Positions 12,791 through 25,965 of a stretch of 64,000 bases of DNA are shown here, piece by piece. This DNA comes from Eledone cirrhosa (lineage: Eukaryota). The DNA is taken from contig OZ024746.1 of NCBI GenBank assembly GCA_964016885.1, positions 82,522,001-82,586,000 of the forward strand. Direction: 5' to 3'. Each line of letters opens with the position of its first letter. The stretch's first letter is position 1. Below the pieces are notes generated by a model, which was not told the DNA's origin, made no database searches, and saw only the letters and a list, made by a program, of their open reading frames with translations. The translations under genes were made by a program, and so were the position numbers.

Positions 12791-13097
12791 TATATATGCA
12801 TACATATATTTACACACACACACATATGTATATAGACAAACACAAGGTATACTCAAGAAGTCTTGAGACCGTTTCTTTGCAGGCACTTTTAATTGACCTA
12901 CATAAATGTCAACCTAATACATCCTTGATATGGTTCGCTCATGTGAAGAGGTGTCGATTAAGAGTCAGGATCCGATCACCTGATCAAACCCAAGCTGATC
13001 GATATCGAAACAGTTGTAATATGCAATAAAGTTTCATAAGAAGCTGCAAATTTGACTCCTTATTGTCACTCTCTCTCTTTCTCTGTGTGTGTGTGTG

Positions 13098-13134
<37 letters not shown>

Positions 13135-13231
13135 AGATATAAAAGATACAGAAGCGAAAACCAACCAAATAGTGAGTGTGTTCTGTTATTATTTCTGGCA
13201 ATATTACAATAATATGACCCTCCTCAAGTAT

Positions 13232-13310
<79 letters not shown>

Positions 13311-13659
13311 CACACAGAGAAAAAGAGAGAGAGAGAGAAGTCAAATTTGCAGCTTGTTATGAATATGTGTGTAGGCATATATATAGATCTCAGTACTTAT
13401 TCCAATTTACTTATTTTATCGATCTCTTTTTGCTGAACCGCTAAGTTACACGACAAACGCAAAAACAACCCCAGAAGATATGGACACAGACACACATATA
13501 TTGACAGCACACTCAATTTAGTTTTATATAGATAGATTCCTTTAGATCTAATCTGTCTGTAATGCTTGAATGAATTCCTTTCGTTTTTACTTCCTTGGTG
13601 AACTTGGAAAACAATGAATGGATTTTTTAAAAGCAAATTGTTGATACCTCCTACGCTCA

Positions 13660-13806
13660 CTATCGCCACCACCACCGTCACTACACCATCACCACCACAA
13701 CCACTACTACTACTGCTGCTGCTACCACTACTGCTGCTGCTACTACTACTACCAATTCTGTTGATACCACCACCACACTACTACTACTACAACAACAACA
13801 ACAACA
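13660..13806. repeat. Compound trinucleotide repeat (CAC/CTA/CTG/AAC)
   Basis: Directly visible. Confidence 0.95.
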
Positions 13807-14137
13807 GATTCATCTCAAATTTCTTAAATAGTTGCTTGTGAACTAACGAGTTGTTTATAAACAAGTGTTGGTTAACCCTTTTTCTGTATCCTTCCCTTTA
13901 CCAGTTTATCATTCCGATTTCCTTTTCCCACGTATGATAAGAAAATAGAATGTAGCCATGAATACAACATAAAATATTACATAACATTAACTGACATATA
14001 CTGTTTAAGTCAACGTTAAGGAAAATAAATCTAGCAAAAAGTGTGTGAATCATGGTTTCTAATTTAGGCACAAAACCAGCAGTTTGAGGAGAGAGAGTAC
14101 TTTATTTTATCAACCCCACCAGAAGCTGCCCTTGGCG

Positions 14138-14393
14138 CAGTAGCATGCAGAGGGATGGGGTACGGTGCGTTTGGCCCCGGACATCCTTTGGGTGGGGGCA
14201 TCATTTGGGGAAAAGAACTTAATAAATTTGATTGATTTATATTAAAATCGAATAAAACGTTTATTCCATGTTTCATCTGTGTTTATATATTCTAAATATT
14301 TTCCTTCCTCATAATATTTCTCAGTATATTAGGCCTTATGGGGTACACAATCAAGATTTGCCCCGGGCATCACCAGACCTCTGCACGCCGCTG
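14138..14393. mobile_element. hAT-type MITE (256 bp) nested in a SINE
   Basis: TIRs CAGTAGCATGCAGAGG / CCTCTGCACGCCGCTG; 8-bp TSD ccttggcg (14130-14137) / cctgggcg (14394-14401); SINE sequence resumes on both sides. Confidence 0.85.
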
Positions 14394-14659
14394 CCTGGGC
14401 GGGATTTGAACTCAGAACGTAAAGGGTCGTAATTTTATGCTGCATTTCATTTTACCGGTACTATCAATCCACGGCTTATAAATTGTAAATAATGATAAAG
14501 AAGTTTTGCAACTTAAAAACAATGGAATCCTTTAAATGTTCCCATAAAATCCTGAAATATTGTCAACGGAGGGAAATTTATCTCAGGTTATGAATTGCAG
14601 GTTATAAACTATTATTGTTAATAAGATATCCAGCATCGACACAACGTAACGAATTCTAT

Positions 14660-14990
14660 TTTCAGTCTTTGGCTTCACAGTCATTATGTCTTGGGTTCGA
14701 TCCTTTTGTGTGGCATCTTAGTGAAATGTCATTTACTATATCCCAAGGTCGACCCATGCTTTGTGAATGAAATTGGGTTGACGGAAACTTTGAAAACCCG
14801 TCTGATGGATTGTACCTGTAATTGATAGGGTCAGGCTTGTCATACCAAATCTCCATGAGAATTATGTTATGGGTACACGTGTCCATGGAATGCTCAGCTA
14901 CTTACATATTACTTTCATAAATAGACAGTTGTACCATTGCTCAAACATCTGGAACCGTCATTGTCGAAACCGACGAAGATTCATTCCCAG
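14660..14990 (+). mobile_element. SINE-like repeat (third family)
   Basis: B-box gggttcgatcc, gatggaaactg-type block, ggattgtacctgtaatt shared with ~47935-48140; relatives at ~36400-36710(-), 43100-43430, 48450-48610, 51450-51690. Confidence 0.6.
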
Positions 14991-16904
14991 TTAATCGATT
15001 GACTCCGGAAAGATGAATAGCAACGTTCATCTTAGTCTTGAACTCTGAACTTAAAAAGACATAACTAATTTCTTCAAAGCATCGATTCTGCTGAGAAATC
15101 AGTGATGCATTACAAAATTGATTCGTACTGGTTTGATTTAATCACCTAAATTTGTTCCTAGAAATGTTTGATTATCTTGTTTATGCTAGAAAACCAAGTC
15201 AACTCTGATCGAGCAGATCGTTGAAGAAAGCCACTCCACCTTTCTATAGATGAAAATCTATTTTGTTGTTGTTTTGAATACAGAATCTGTCAAGGTCAAC
15301 TTCCCATCCAATATTCGTTCAGAGCCGTTGCTTGGCCCGCAAGCACCTCCTGTTACGAATATAAAACCAGGTATTTTGATGCAAAATTATCTAGAACAGG
15401 GGTCTCAAATACAAAGACTCAAAGGCGCCATTTCGTGGTTGGGGAGAGGCACAATGGGCCAAAAGTGAGATGTAGAGTTGATTTCCATCTATTATAATGC
15501 TAATCTGCAATACAACTGATAGGCTGCTACTTATTGTTTTTCCATCAGAATAGTGAGATACGTGAATTTTCCGTTTCAAATTTTCTTCAATTCTGTTTTG
15601 ACTCAATCTGTTGAGGACCGCCACCACGTGTCCTGAAATATTTGATAACACCATCAAATTGTCAGTCTACCATCAATTATTTTTGCTACACCCATCTTCC
15701 TGTCGTCAAAGGTCTACTAAGTTCGTTACTCTGAGTAATCCTGAACAAGGAATTCTTGTTGGGGGTGCTGTCAGCCAGAGCCAACTGAACTGAAAACGGA
15801 ACATAGCCGATTTCTTCCAGAAAGAAAGAGGAAAAATTGATCTCACTACTGAACTGGTATTTTTTTTTATCGATCTCGAAAGGGTGAAAGGCAAGGTTGA
15901 CCTCGATGGGATTTGAAACCACAGCGCAGTCAGTCGGAACAAATACCAAGGCATATTTTATTCGGTGCCTTAACGATTCTGCGAATTTGCCGCCAAACCT
16001 AGGAGGTAAAACAACTGCAATCGTTATGGCTGAGCACATAGAGCAGCGGATAAAATGACATAGTATTTAGAGTTACGTTTTAAGTTCAAATATTTGAGTT
16101 GGGGGAGTGTTGATAAAATGGTAAACCTTTACAATTACTTCCGTCTCGCGTTGGAAGTGAAATTTATCTTTTCCCCATGTGTTTTCAACGAACCTGGCCT
16201 GCCAACCCGTCGCAATTTGTTTCTTTTCTAGTTAACTGAAAAACGAATTATTTCTGACGGATTTGGACGTCAGATTCTTTCAAAACAACTACAGAGAAAA
16301 CATAAATTGCACCTCCAACACGAAACGAGAGTAGTAGTAAAATTTTACTGATAAAATGATGCAATAGGGAAGATACCGGAGATGATTGGCAAACAATATA
16401 ATGACAATGAATGAAACTGAAATGAAATGAAAATAAAACTAACATATTCGACTTCGGATAGGTTCTATAATCAATAAACTGAAAGCTTTATTTATGAACA
16501 TTTTTTCCCGATTGATTTACTTGGCCTCTCTTAACATCCTGTTTAAAGTCAACAAGGAGAGGCATGCTCAGTTTCATTTTGTTTTGGCGGGTTTTCCTTT
16601 TCACTTTAATTCACTTTCATTTTATTCTCTACAATTTTATATAAAGCGAAATATCGTACACCTACCTCACCACAACAAAAGTATTGTGGTCTTGTGCCAA
16701 TGCACTGGAATAATTGCTGGCCTTGTGCCAAAAATAGAAACAATTATTACTAGGGCGGTGGATTTATTGAAACGGTAAGCTCACGGATTAATTACCACCC
16801 TACTGAACAAGCTATCGAGGTCACTCGACCTGTTAGAATATGTAGGCAGTTCTCCCTCAGATTACACCACAATTTTAAATATAAAATAATGTATGAACCA
16901 ATAT

Positions 16905-17099
16905 CAGACCTGTCAACTCTCCCCGTCCGACGGGGAGATCTACAACCCACTTTGGGGTGGGTGAGAGATGTCTTCTCTTGTGAAAATGGGTATAGCTTTC
17001 ATTATGCAAAATCTCCCCATTTTGCCTCATTTCTCCCCGTTTTGGGGCACTTTTTTTCATGGTACTCCCCGTTTGGATTTTTAGAAATTGGCAAGTCTG
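16905..17099. mobile_element. hAT-like MITE (~195 bp)
   Basis: Imperfect TIRs CAGACCTGTCAAC / ATTGGCAAGTCTG; repeated subterminal CTCCCCGT motifs in both orientations; TSD poorly preserved. Confidence 0.65.
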
Positions 17100-20000
17100 T
17101 AATATATACCTTGATATACAAAAAGACGAGCTGGTCATGACTGGAACTATTTTAATCATAAGTCAACTCAACATTTTTTCTATAGTTTAGTCTGGACAAA
17201 GTGCCGTTCTCATTCATGCCCTTCGCTAACCTTCTGAAATCAACTCAGTTGATATTCTCCACAAACAGCCCCAGGGGCTTGACGTTCTGAGAAGGAAGGT
17301 TTGAGAGTAATGGTTAAAGATGAACCTGAAGGGGATGGGGGCCCAATATGAGGTACGAAAGGAGGAGTAAGTGGGTCGGAAAGGCTCATCTAGACCAGCC
17401 AGCACTAAGGAGCAGACCCCACTGTAGTAACGGTAGAAATGCAGAGAGGAGGCAGCATGCCTGTCGGTCAAAGGCTGCCATGGCCAGATTAAGAGGCTTT
17501 AAGCACTAAAATGATTATAGTGCACCCATATATTGTATATGGAAGAAAAACTCTATGTGGCACCTCTTCACTTGAGGTCCCTATATAAATAAATGCTTAT
17601 TTTCCTGGCGATCTTCTTTTTATGTGGTCTACGATGTTTGTATCAGTCATGCAATTGGAAGTGGGTGAAGGGATAGCGCATTTGGAGAGGGGTCACTTTT
17701 TAATATATATTGTGGTGGGATTCAAGGACCGCCCCAGGCGGCGCAAACTCTTTGTCATTCGTTCAAAACACTTCAAAATCCAAGGGGAAAACATAAACTC
17801 AACCTCCAGCATTAGACGGATGTAACTGTAAAAACAACAAAAAACTACCATTGTATCACCACCAGAAGGGTGAAAAGAAATGTTGAGCTCGAACACAAGT
17901 CATTGGTTTATATTGCATGGCATATTGGGGAAGTTTTGATCTAAGCGTGTGAGTGAAATTGCAGAGACGGGTAGGTTGTGCCTTTAATTCAAATATCATA
18001 TGTTGTCATACTCTGTGCCATGCTGATTCTGTTTGAGAATTGTTACGGGTACGCGTTTCTGTCGAATATACGTTAATTTAATTAGTCGAATTTTCAGTTC
18101 ATTGAACAACTGAATGCTCATCGTCAAAACCGATGGAGGACTAATCATCATCAGCACCGCCCCGGGTGCGAGAGTTAGTATTCCATTGTAAGCTTTAATA
18201 TAATTCACTAAAAAAAAAATTATATTGCAGTTTGTGAATAATAGTTTGCCCTGGAGCAAAACACCAACAATAGTATTATCCCGCTGATCGAGTCAATGGA
18301 GAAGCTAGCATGTGATCTCAAATCAGTCTAATATCTCTTACATACGCCGTGCCTTTAAAAAAAGAGAAAAGACGAGAATGGCACAGCTGTTATACACTTT
18401 TGATTATAGGTATGCACCGTCAAGGCTGACCTGGGGGTAGGGCCGGATTTATATCTTCGAGGGCCCGGGATACTTCGGGATTGTTTGGGGGGGCTCCCTC
18501 ATACACACAAAAATTGGAATGCACATCAAAACCCCGATTTTACATATCAAAATCGGTTTGGCGCAAGAAATTGGAATTGATTAGTTATACACACAGGTAT
18601 TAAATTAAAAAAAAATCTAACGATCCTCATTTTACATCCACTTTGCACACTGGCATGTGTTGGGCGGGTTGTCACAGTCAGAGACCAGACATATAAGAGT
18701 GACCTCATCTTACCCATACAATACATATTTAGCATGGTTTCTATGGCTAGATACCCTTCCTAATATAACCACTTCAGAGTGTTTACTGGGTGCATTGTTT
18801 TTGCGATACCAGCACAACCACTTTATATAGTTGATTAGGTATATTCTATCAAGGCACCAACATTAAAGCCCAGCAGATGTCACAAATGAATTGCTACGGC
18901 GGTCATTGGTAGCCCCCCTCCCCCCCACAAATCCGCTTGGTGGTTAAACTTTAATTACATCATTTTCATCTCAGTTCAAATCTCACCGGAATCAACTTAG
19001 TTTTCATGTATTCGGGGTTCGATAAAATAAGTAATCAGCCTTAATTAAGCAGACCTGAGAGCAAAGGCATTCAATATTTTCTTGTTAGTGGGAGTCGGGG
19101 ATTATTTAAAATGTCCTAACTGTAGGATGTGATATCGGGGAAAATTTGGCGGGTGTTTTTAGTAGACGGAACGACCACATAGAGGTTTTCGCGTTGGCTT
19201 GAATAAGTACCAGTAATATACTGTTGTCGATTCAAATCGGTCGCAAATATGTATCCTTTGTCCGACATAAGAAACTGCTTTTGTTGCAGACTCATGCACG
19301 ATCAAAGACGCTCCAGCCATGATCATCTCATTTTTTCTTTTTGTTCAAACATAATATATCAGGATATATTATTCAGCGTGTTTCACCAATTCTTTAATAG
19401 ACAGTAGTTCGTGCTTCGGAGGGAGATTTAACTGCTATTTGGCTCATGTTAGAAACCGTTACCATAGTGTTTTTAAGTGAATTGGAGAAGTACAGAGTCC
19501 CCTTTTCAAAAACGGTTTGCTCCACTCTTCTGGATATACCAGCTGCAAACGATCTGTATGTATGTCGGAGATAATGAGTGGGAGTGGAGAGCAGGAGAAT
19601 AAAAGGAGAGGGAGAGAAGACAGAGTGGCACGAAAAGAGAGAAAGAGGAGTAGAATTTAATTTTTTTTTTGTGTATGTATGTAGCTATTGTGAACGATTA
19701 AGTGCATATGTTTAGTCTTGTATATGTGTGTGTTTCTATTTTTGTACGAAAGTCTCCATGGCTTTTTGTCAACGTCGTGTACATGATTGAGTGTATATCT
19801 TCTTTTGTTATTCTTTTCTAGTGTGTGCTACGATTGCATGCATGTCTTCTTGTGTATCCTTTTTTTTTTGTCTGTGCTTATGAGCGTGGGAGATAAAAGG
19901 AAAGGGAGAGGAAAGAACAGAAGGAATAGAGCCAAAGAAAGAGAAAAGAAAAAAAAAACAGAGTACGGGGTGAGCTAGGAACAACCCTGTAAAAAAAAGT

Positions 20001-20674
20001 GAGAAAGAATGAAACAGAAACGAAATAAAGATATCGAGAAAGAAAAATAAGAAAAGAGAAATATTAGAAAAATCCAGGAAGAAAGAGAGTCTATAGATTT
20101 TCTAGTACATCGATATACATTTTTTTTTTACGAGAGTTTGAGAGACAATTAGGAAGTATATCTCTGTGTTGTGTTATGACTCTTCGGGTAGAGAATTTTA
20201 TGAATAAGAATTTTGTCCCCTTTTTTCTGCGTGCGTGTGTTAGGGTGTTAGGTTGTAATCCTAGTGAAAGATTACACCTTTGAAATAGCTTGCAATTATA
20301 CAAATTGTAAAATGAAACCTATAAAAGTTACAAGGACTTTCTTTCTATTATTGGGAGTTTCTTTCCTCTTTTTTTTTTTTTCATTATCTCTACGATTTAC
20401 AAGCTAAGCTATACAATATAATATATAATAATGAACATTTTGTAAGGATAAATTATGTACTATATTATGTATTGCGTACTCATTTCATTGAAACTGTTTT
20501 CCCTTACTCCTGTAGTAAGAAGAAAAATCCCAACACATATATGGATGTGTTTACGTGTACACACACATATATATAGGAGATTAATAAATTAGTTTTAATA
20601 CCAATTTCTTACCAAATGCGAAGAAACTCAATATATTAACCATTTAGGGAAGACTACAGAGTATAATTTTTTTA

Positions 20675-20752
20675 ATTAATTGATAACCAAAGAGGTACTT
20701 CCAATCATTAATAAAATAATATCTGAAGTAACTCTTTGGTTGTCAACTGATT
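20675..20752. repeat. Short inverted repeat (27-bp arms) in a Penelope-like end
   Basis: attaattgataaccaaagaggtacttc ... gaagtaactctttggttgtcaactgat; nearby actcaatatatt is the reverse complement of an aatgtattgagt-like motif seen at ~6810. Confidence 0.65.
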
Positions 20753-20808
20753 TAATATATATACATATATATATATGTATATATAATATATGTATATATA
20801 ATATATAT

Positions 20809-20853
<45 letters not shown>

Positions 20854-21029
20854 ATTTATATATATATATCGAAGATATAACTATATTAACGATTGTCAAA
20901 GGAAAGTAGAGAATTAAATTGATAATATATAAGAGAATAAATATGGTTTTTATGAGAGAAGTATAACTTTTCCACATCTCTCTACATATATTCTTTCTTG
21001 TCTTCTTGCTCTTGCTTGATGTAACTGGG

Positions 21030-21747
21030 ATCATCCTAGATCAGTAATCCAGAGGCGTTATCATGCGTAGAGCCAACCAGGTCCTCCAGTGCACTCCATC
21101 GTTGGTAGTTCTATGCCAGCCCCTTTGCAAACGCCAAGTTGATGTCGACTCTCAGGAGATCTTCCTTAACCACGCCTAGCCATTTGGAAGATAGAACAGT
21201 GGTGCCAAAGAGGCATCCATAGGAAGTGCATGACCCCAGGATCCGGTCTCCATTTTTGGTGGCTATGGAGCCCAGGTAAATGAAGGAGCCAACAAACTCC
21301 ATGATGTCAGAGCCAATATGAAGTGGAGGAGGATCCAGGCCATCACCGATATGCTTGGTCTTTGCCCAGCTCACCTGAAGGCCAAGCTTTGTCGATTCCT
21401 CCCTGTATATGGTCAGTGTATCCCTGAGCTGGTCGATTGAGTTGTTGAGTAGGGTGGTGTCATCCTCGATGAGGTGGTAGTTCCCAAAGGTAATGCTTGA
21501 AACATGCTCATAGACCTTGGTCATCAGATAGTTTGAAGATATTGGGAGCAGCAAACATAGCCCTGTCTGACCCTGCTGTTGATAGGGAACCAGATGGGGT
21601 CCTTCCCATTCACCTGCATGCCGCTCTTGGTGCTAGCATAGAGTCGTTGGAACAGGGTAGTTATCTTGGGAAATGCACCGTTGAGCTTGAGAATTTTCCA
21701 GAGGGCAACATAGAAGCGGCAATCTTTGTGAAACTCCTGAGATCTTT

Positions 21748-21750
<3 letters not shown>
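21030..21750 (-). mobile_element. Decayed non-LTR retrotransposon RT fragment (RTE-like, third family)
   Basis: GVRQG-like motif, E(D)DTTL, KLGLQVSWAKTK, FIYLGS in ORF 21111..21554 and adjacent frames. Confidence 0.7.
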
Positions 21751-21805
<55 letters not shown>

Positions 21806-21834
21806 AAATGTGTGAGATCCTTGGTACAGTCAGG

Positions 21835-22103
21835 TATATTTGAAAAAAAGGAAAAGAATGACTTCACTTGTAGTTCTAAACAATTTGATTTAATTTTATA
21901 TTATAATATTATGAGTTGGTAGATCTAGTAAGTTCTTTGTTAACTTTGGTGGGAAGATTTTTAAAGATTTTTTAAAATCTTTCCACCGAAGCTAACAAAG
22001 AACTTACTAGATCTACCAACTCATAATATTATAATATTAAAAAATTAAATCAAATTGCTTAGAACTACAAGTGAAGTCATTCTTTTCCTTTTTTTCAAAT
22101 ATA
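21835..22103. repeat. Long near-perfect palindrome (~130-bp arms, <10-bp spacer)
   Basis: tatatttgaaaaaaaggaaaagaatgacttcacttgtagttctaa...gagttggtagatctagtaagttctttgtta is mirrored by taacaaagaacttactagatctaccaactc...ttagaactacaagtgaagtcattcttttcctttttttcaaatata. Confidence 0.95.
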
Positions 22104-22105
22104 TA

Positions 22106-22958
22106 CAGGGTGTGGACGATATTTGTTCGCAATTTTCAACTGCTAATTTTATGCAAATTTTTTTTACTTCCATTGTCACTCTTGTCTTCAGAAAAACAGT
22201 GACTATATTTCCATTATTTATTTTCAGAATAATTGATTATGAATAATTTTGAACCTCCAAACTTGTGGAAGAAACACAGAGTTCTTCTTGGAATCCACGC
22301 CGGGAGGACAAATAAGGACCAGAAGATCAACTCCCAGAACAACAGGTGGCTCGCTGTCTCATCCAAAGATGTGCCCAGAGTCATGCAGACAAAGTTTCCA
22401 GCGACAACTTTGGTCTTAGGTGTTGTCAGCAGTCAAGGTGATGTCATGCCACCTCACTTCTTCCCTGAGAGCCTCAAGCTGAACACTGATGGCTACATCC
22501 GCGTTCTGAGCGAGGTAGTAAAGCCCTGGATCGACCAGGTAGCTGCAGGTAGGCCGTACGTGTGGCAGCAAGACTCAGTGCCCTGCCATACCAGCCGAAA
22601 GACCAAGCTTGGCTGTCAGAGAACTTCGTCGACCACACTTCACCTCCTCGACTTCTTTGTGTGGGACACAGTGTAACGAGACACCAACAGATCTAGCTGT
22701 AATACGAAAGACGATCTGAAGGCCAGGATCACAAGTGCCTTTAGGGACCTAAGTTGGAGGACAGTGACGAAGGCCTGTAGCTGGTTCCGAGGCCGCCTTG
22801 AGACCGTCATCAAAGCCAATGGTGGGTTTATCAAGTGAGATCGAAAGAACAAGTCATGAAGACAAACTGACCCAAGTTTGATAAATATATCTTAAAAAAT
22901 AAAACTACTGTGTTACTTTTTCCTAGACAGTAATCTTGCAAATATCGTCCGCACCCTG
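22106..22958 (+). mobile_element. Internally deleted Tc1/mariner element, maT/DD37D-like (853 bp)
   Basis: TA TSDs; TIRs CAGGGTGTGGACGATATTTG / CAAATATCGTCCGCACCCTG (19/20); ORF 22233..22676 with NSQNNRW, VLGVVSSQG, VWQQDSVPCH, LDFFVW. Confidence 0.92.
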
Positions 22959-22964
22959 TATATT

Positions 22965-23975
22965 GATCCAACAGAGTGACTGGCTGTGCAAGTTAGCAGT
23001 AGTATAGTAGTAAGGCAATTAAGGATATGAAGACATGCAAAGCAGCTGGACCTTCGGGGATAGTTGCCTAGATGCTGGAAGCATGGCATAGAATCAAAAG
23101 GTCTTAAAGTTAACTTGTCAAAGACTAAAGTGCTATATGTAGAAAGGAAAACAGGGCCCAGATTCCCTCAAGGAAATGGCCTTGCTCAGTGTGCAGGAAA
23201 AGAGTAGATAGAAATTTCATCCTATGAACCAAATGCAAGCTAAGGGTACATAAAAGATGTAGTGGGATTACAGGCAGACTATCAAAGAACATAGATTTTA
23301 TTTGTGGCCAATACCCAGGTGTAGTAAGTAGCTAATGCTCCCGGGATACTAGCTCCTTCAAATGCCCAGATGGCTCTGTAGAATAGTTGACAATTTCCGT
23401 TACTTGGGTAACCAAATCAGTAGTGGAGGAAGGTGTTCCGAAAATACAGTAGCCAGATTAAGAATGGGGTGGCAAATGTTCAGACAGCTACTACTAACGC
23501 TGATAGCTACAAAAAGGTTTTACCCTTAAAACGAAGGGCAGATTGTATGATGCATGTATAAAAACAGCAATGTTGCATAGTAGTGAGTCCCGGGCACTGT
23601 CTGCAAAGATTGGAAAGAAATGAAGTCTGCATGCTCCGATGGATGTATAATAATACAATGAACGGCAAAGTGTAAATGAACTGAGAGAGAAACTGGACAT
23701 ATGAGGGATCAGGTACAGTGTGCAGGAGAGAAGATTGTATGGCCATGTAATGCGTATGAAGGATGGTATGGTCTTGTAATGCGTATGAAGGATGACAACT
23801 GTGTAAAAAGGTGCAAAATGATCTAAGTTGATGGAAGCTATGGAGTAAGAAGACCTGGGACGAGGTGATTAAAAACTGACCTTGCACAATTGCACCTCTC
23901 AAAGACAATGACACAGGATCAAAATTTTTGGCATCATGCAGTAATACAGAAAACCTGCCTTTCCATGTGTACAAA
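22965..23975 (+). mobile_element. Decayed RTE LINE family A fragment
   Basis: Plus-strand homolog of 27830-28720 and ~29400 (ggccttcggggatagttgc, GLKVNLSKTK, FRYLG). Confidence 0.85.
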
Positions 23976-24114
23976 CTGATGTATACATCTAGTATGCACC
24001 ACTTAACCACTATCCTCCCTCCCCTTTCCATACACCTCCCATGCAGTAACACCTCTGTGAGGCTAGTGCCTCTGATAATTTGGTGATTGGTATGTAATGA
24101 CATATTTAACCTAT

Positions 24115-25200
24115 GCTAGATTGTGTTCATCACATGGTGATGGATGACAGGCGATTGACTATAAATCAAATAGCCAATGCTATTAGCATATCCTGTGAGA
24201 GTTGAGAATATTCTGCACAATGAACTTGGCATGGTGAAGGTTTCTGCTTGATGAGTGTCATGTTTTCTGACATCTGATCAAAAGCACACCAGGCTGATCA
24301 TATCACGGGAAAATCTGACATACTTTGAGACAGGTCCAGCTGGTTTCCTTGAATGTTTCCTAACCCAGGATGAGTGTTGGGTTCATTACTTTGAGCCAGA
24401 GACAAAGACACAATCTATTCAGTTGAAACAACATCCTCACCTACTCCAAAGAAGGCCAAGGTGATTTCATTTGCAGAGAAGGTGATGGTGTCAGTTTTTT
24501 GGATACAAAAGGCATTGTTTATTGACTATCTTTAAAAGGGTCACACCATCAATGGAGAGTACTATGTGAACTTGCTGAGGCAGTTATGAAAGGCTATCAA
24601 GACCAAACAACAAGGAAAACTGATGACAGGATTCTTGTTTCATCAGAACAATGCTCTAGCACACAAGTCCTTGGTTTCAACGACTGCTGTGTATGACTGT
24701 GGCTTTGAACTGGTTGAACACCCTCCCTATTCTCCTGCTTTGGCCCCATCCAACTATCATCTGTTCCCCAACATGAAAAATACTTGGCTGAGAACTAGTA
24801 TCGCAGCAATAATTGTTTCTACTTTTGGCACAAGGCCAGCAATTACCAGTGCATTACTGGTACTTTATTTTATCGACCCCACAAGGATGAAAGGCAAAGT
24901 CAACCTCGGTAGGATTTGAACTCAGATCGTAAAGGGACGTACCTATGTTGGAAAGCATGGCACCCGACCCTCTACCGATACTGCCAATTCACTGCAGTAA
25001 CAATGACATTATATTTGCTGTTGATGACTTTTTTGACCAACAGGATTAAAGCTTCTTCACCAATGGGATCCAAACATTGGAACACCAATGGAAGAAGTGT
25101 GTGAACCGTAAGGGGGACTATGTTGAAAAATAAACCTCATTTGGTCACATTCCATGAGAGTTTCTTGGTCAGCCTATGAATCTTTCTGCCAACCCTCATA
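24115..25200 (+). mobile_element. Decayed mariner (DD34D) transposon interrupted by a SINE at ~24808-24992
   Basis: FLTQDECWVHYFEPETK, LFHQNNALAHKS, HPPYSPALAPSNYHLFPNMK; transposase 3' end (W.KCV...GDYVEK*) resumes after the minus-strand SINE. Confidence 0.9.
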
Positions 25201-25214
25201 TATATATATATATA

Positions 25215-25921
25215 TGCATGCCCCGTTGCATGTGTAATAGTAATATAAATGAACTAAGTAAAAAATTAGGAATAAGAGGGATCAGATGCTGTTTACTTGA
25301 GAGAAGATTATGTTGGTATGGTCACGTGATGCGCATGAAAGACAACATCTGTGTAAAAAAGTGCAGGGCGATCAAAATTGATGGAAGTTACAGAGTAGGT
25401 AGACACAGAAAAACCTGGGACAACATGATAAATTCCGACCTTGCACACTTGCACCTCTCTAAGACAATGTCACTGGATCGAGATTTTTGGCGCCATGTAG
25501 TAATACAGAAGACCCGCTTTCCCTATATATAAAGTTAACCTACAGTCAGTAAGCCCCTCCAAACCAAACATACACCCCGACCCACTACTCCTACTCGATC
25601 CTTCCACTTCTGCCAACACCACCCTTTCTCTATAAAGTTATGTTGGTACCACAACATCCAGTCTAAACTAATGAGGTCGTGTAGGTGTCACAACAAAAAA
25701 CACACAGTCCATGCTGTAACGTGGTCATGTAGGTAACACGGTAAAAAGCTCCTAGTCCATAGTGTAAATGTGGTTGGTATTAGGAAGGGCATCCAGCCAT
25801 AGAAAACCTGCCAGATAGTACTATACGAGCGAGACACGGTCGCCCGACCAATCTTGCCTCAAGTAGGACAACTCTCGTCTAACCCATGCTAGCATGGAAG
25901 ATAGACATTAAACGATGATGA

Positions 25922-25925
<4 letters not shown>
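25215..25925 (+). mobile_element. RTE LINE family A 3' end
   Basis: ERRLCWYGHVMRMKD...GRHRKTW, 3' UTR, (GAT)n tail; inverted homolog of 27410-28140. Confidence 0.9.

Positions 25926-25964
<39 letters not shown>

Positions 25965-25965
<1 letters not shown>

Noticed and set aside
13614-13841. Poly-Leu signal-peptide-like ORF
   Set aside because: Product of a compound trinucleotide repeat.
23507-24103. 198-aa minus-strand ORF
   Set aside because: Antisense to a decayed RTE LINE; not protein-like.
793-24995. Recurring identical motifs (gcctttcatccttacggggtcgataaaataaagtacc) as a CRISPR-like array or tRNA genes
   Set aside because: Dispersed, both orientations, with pol III boxes and (ATT)n tails: SINE copies. 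No regular spacers, cas genes or full cloverleaf.
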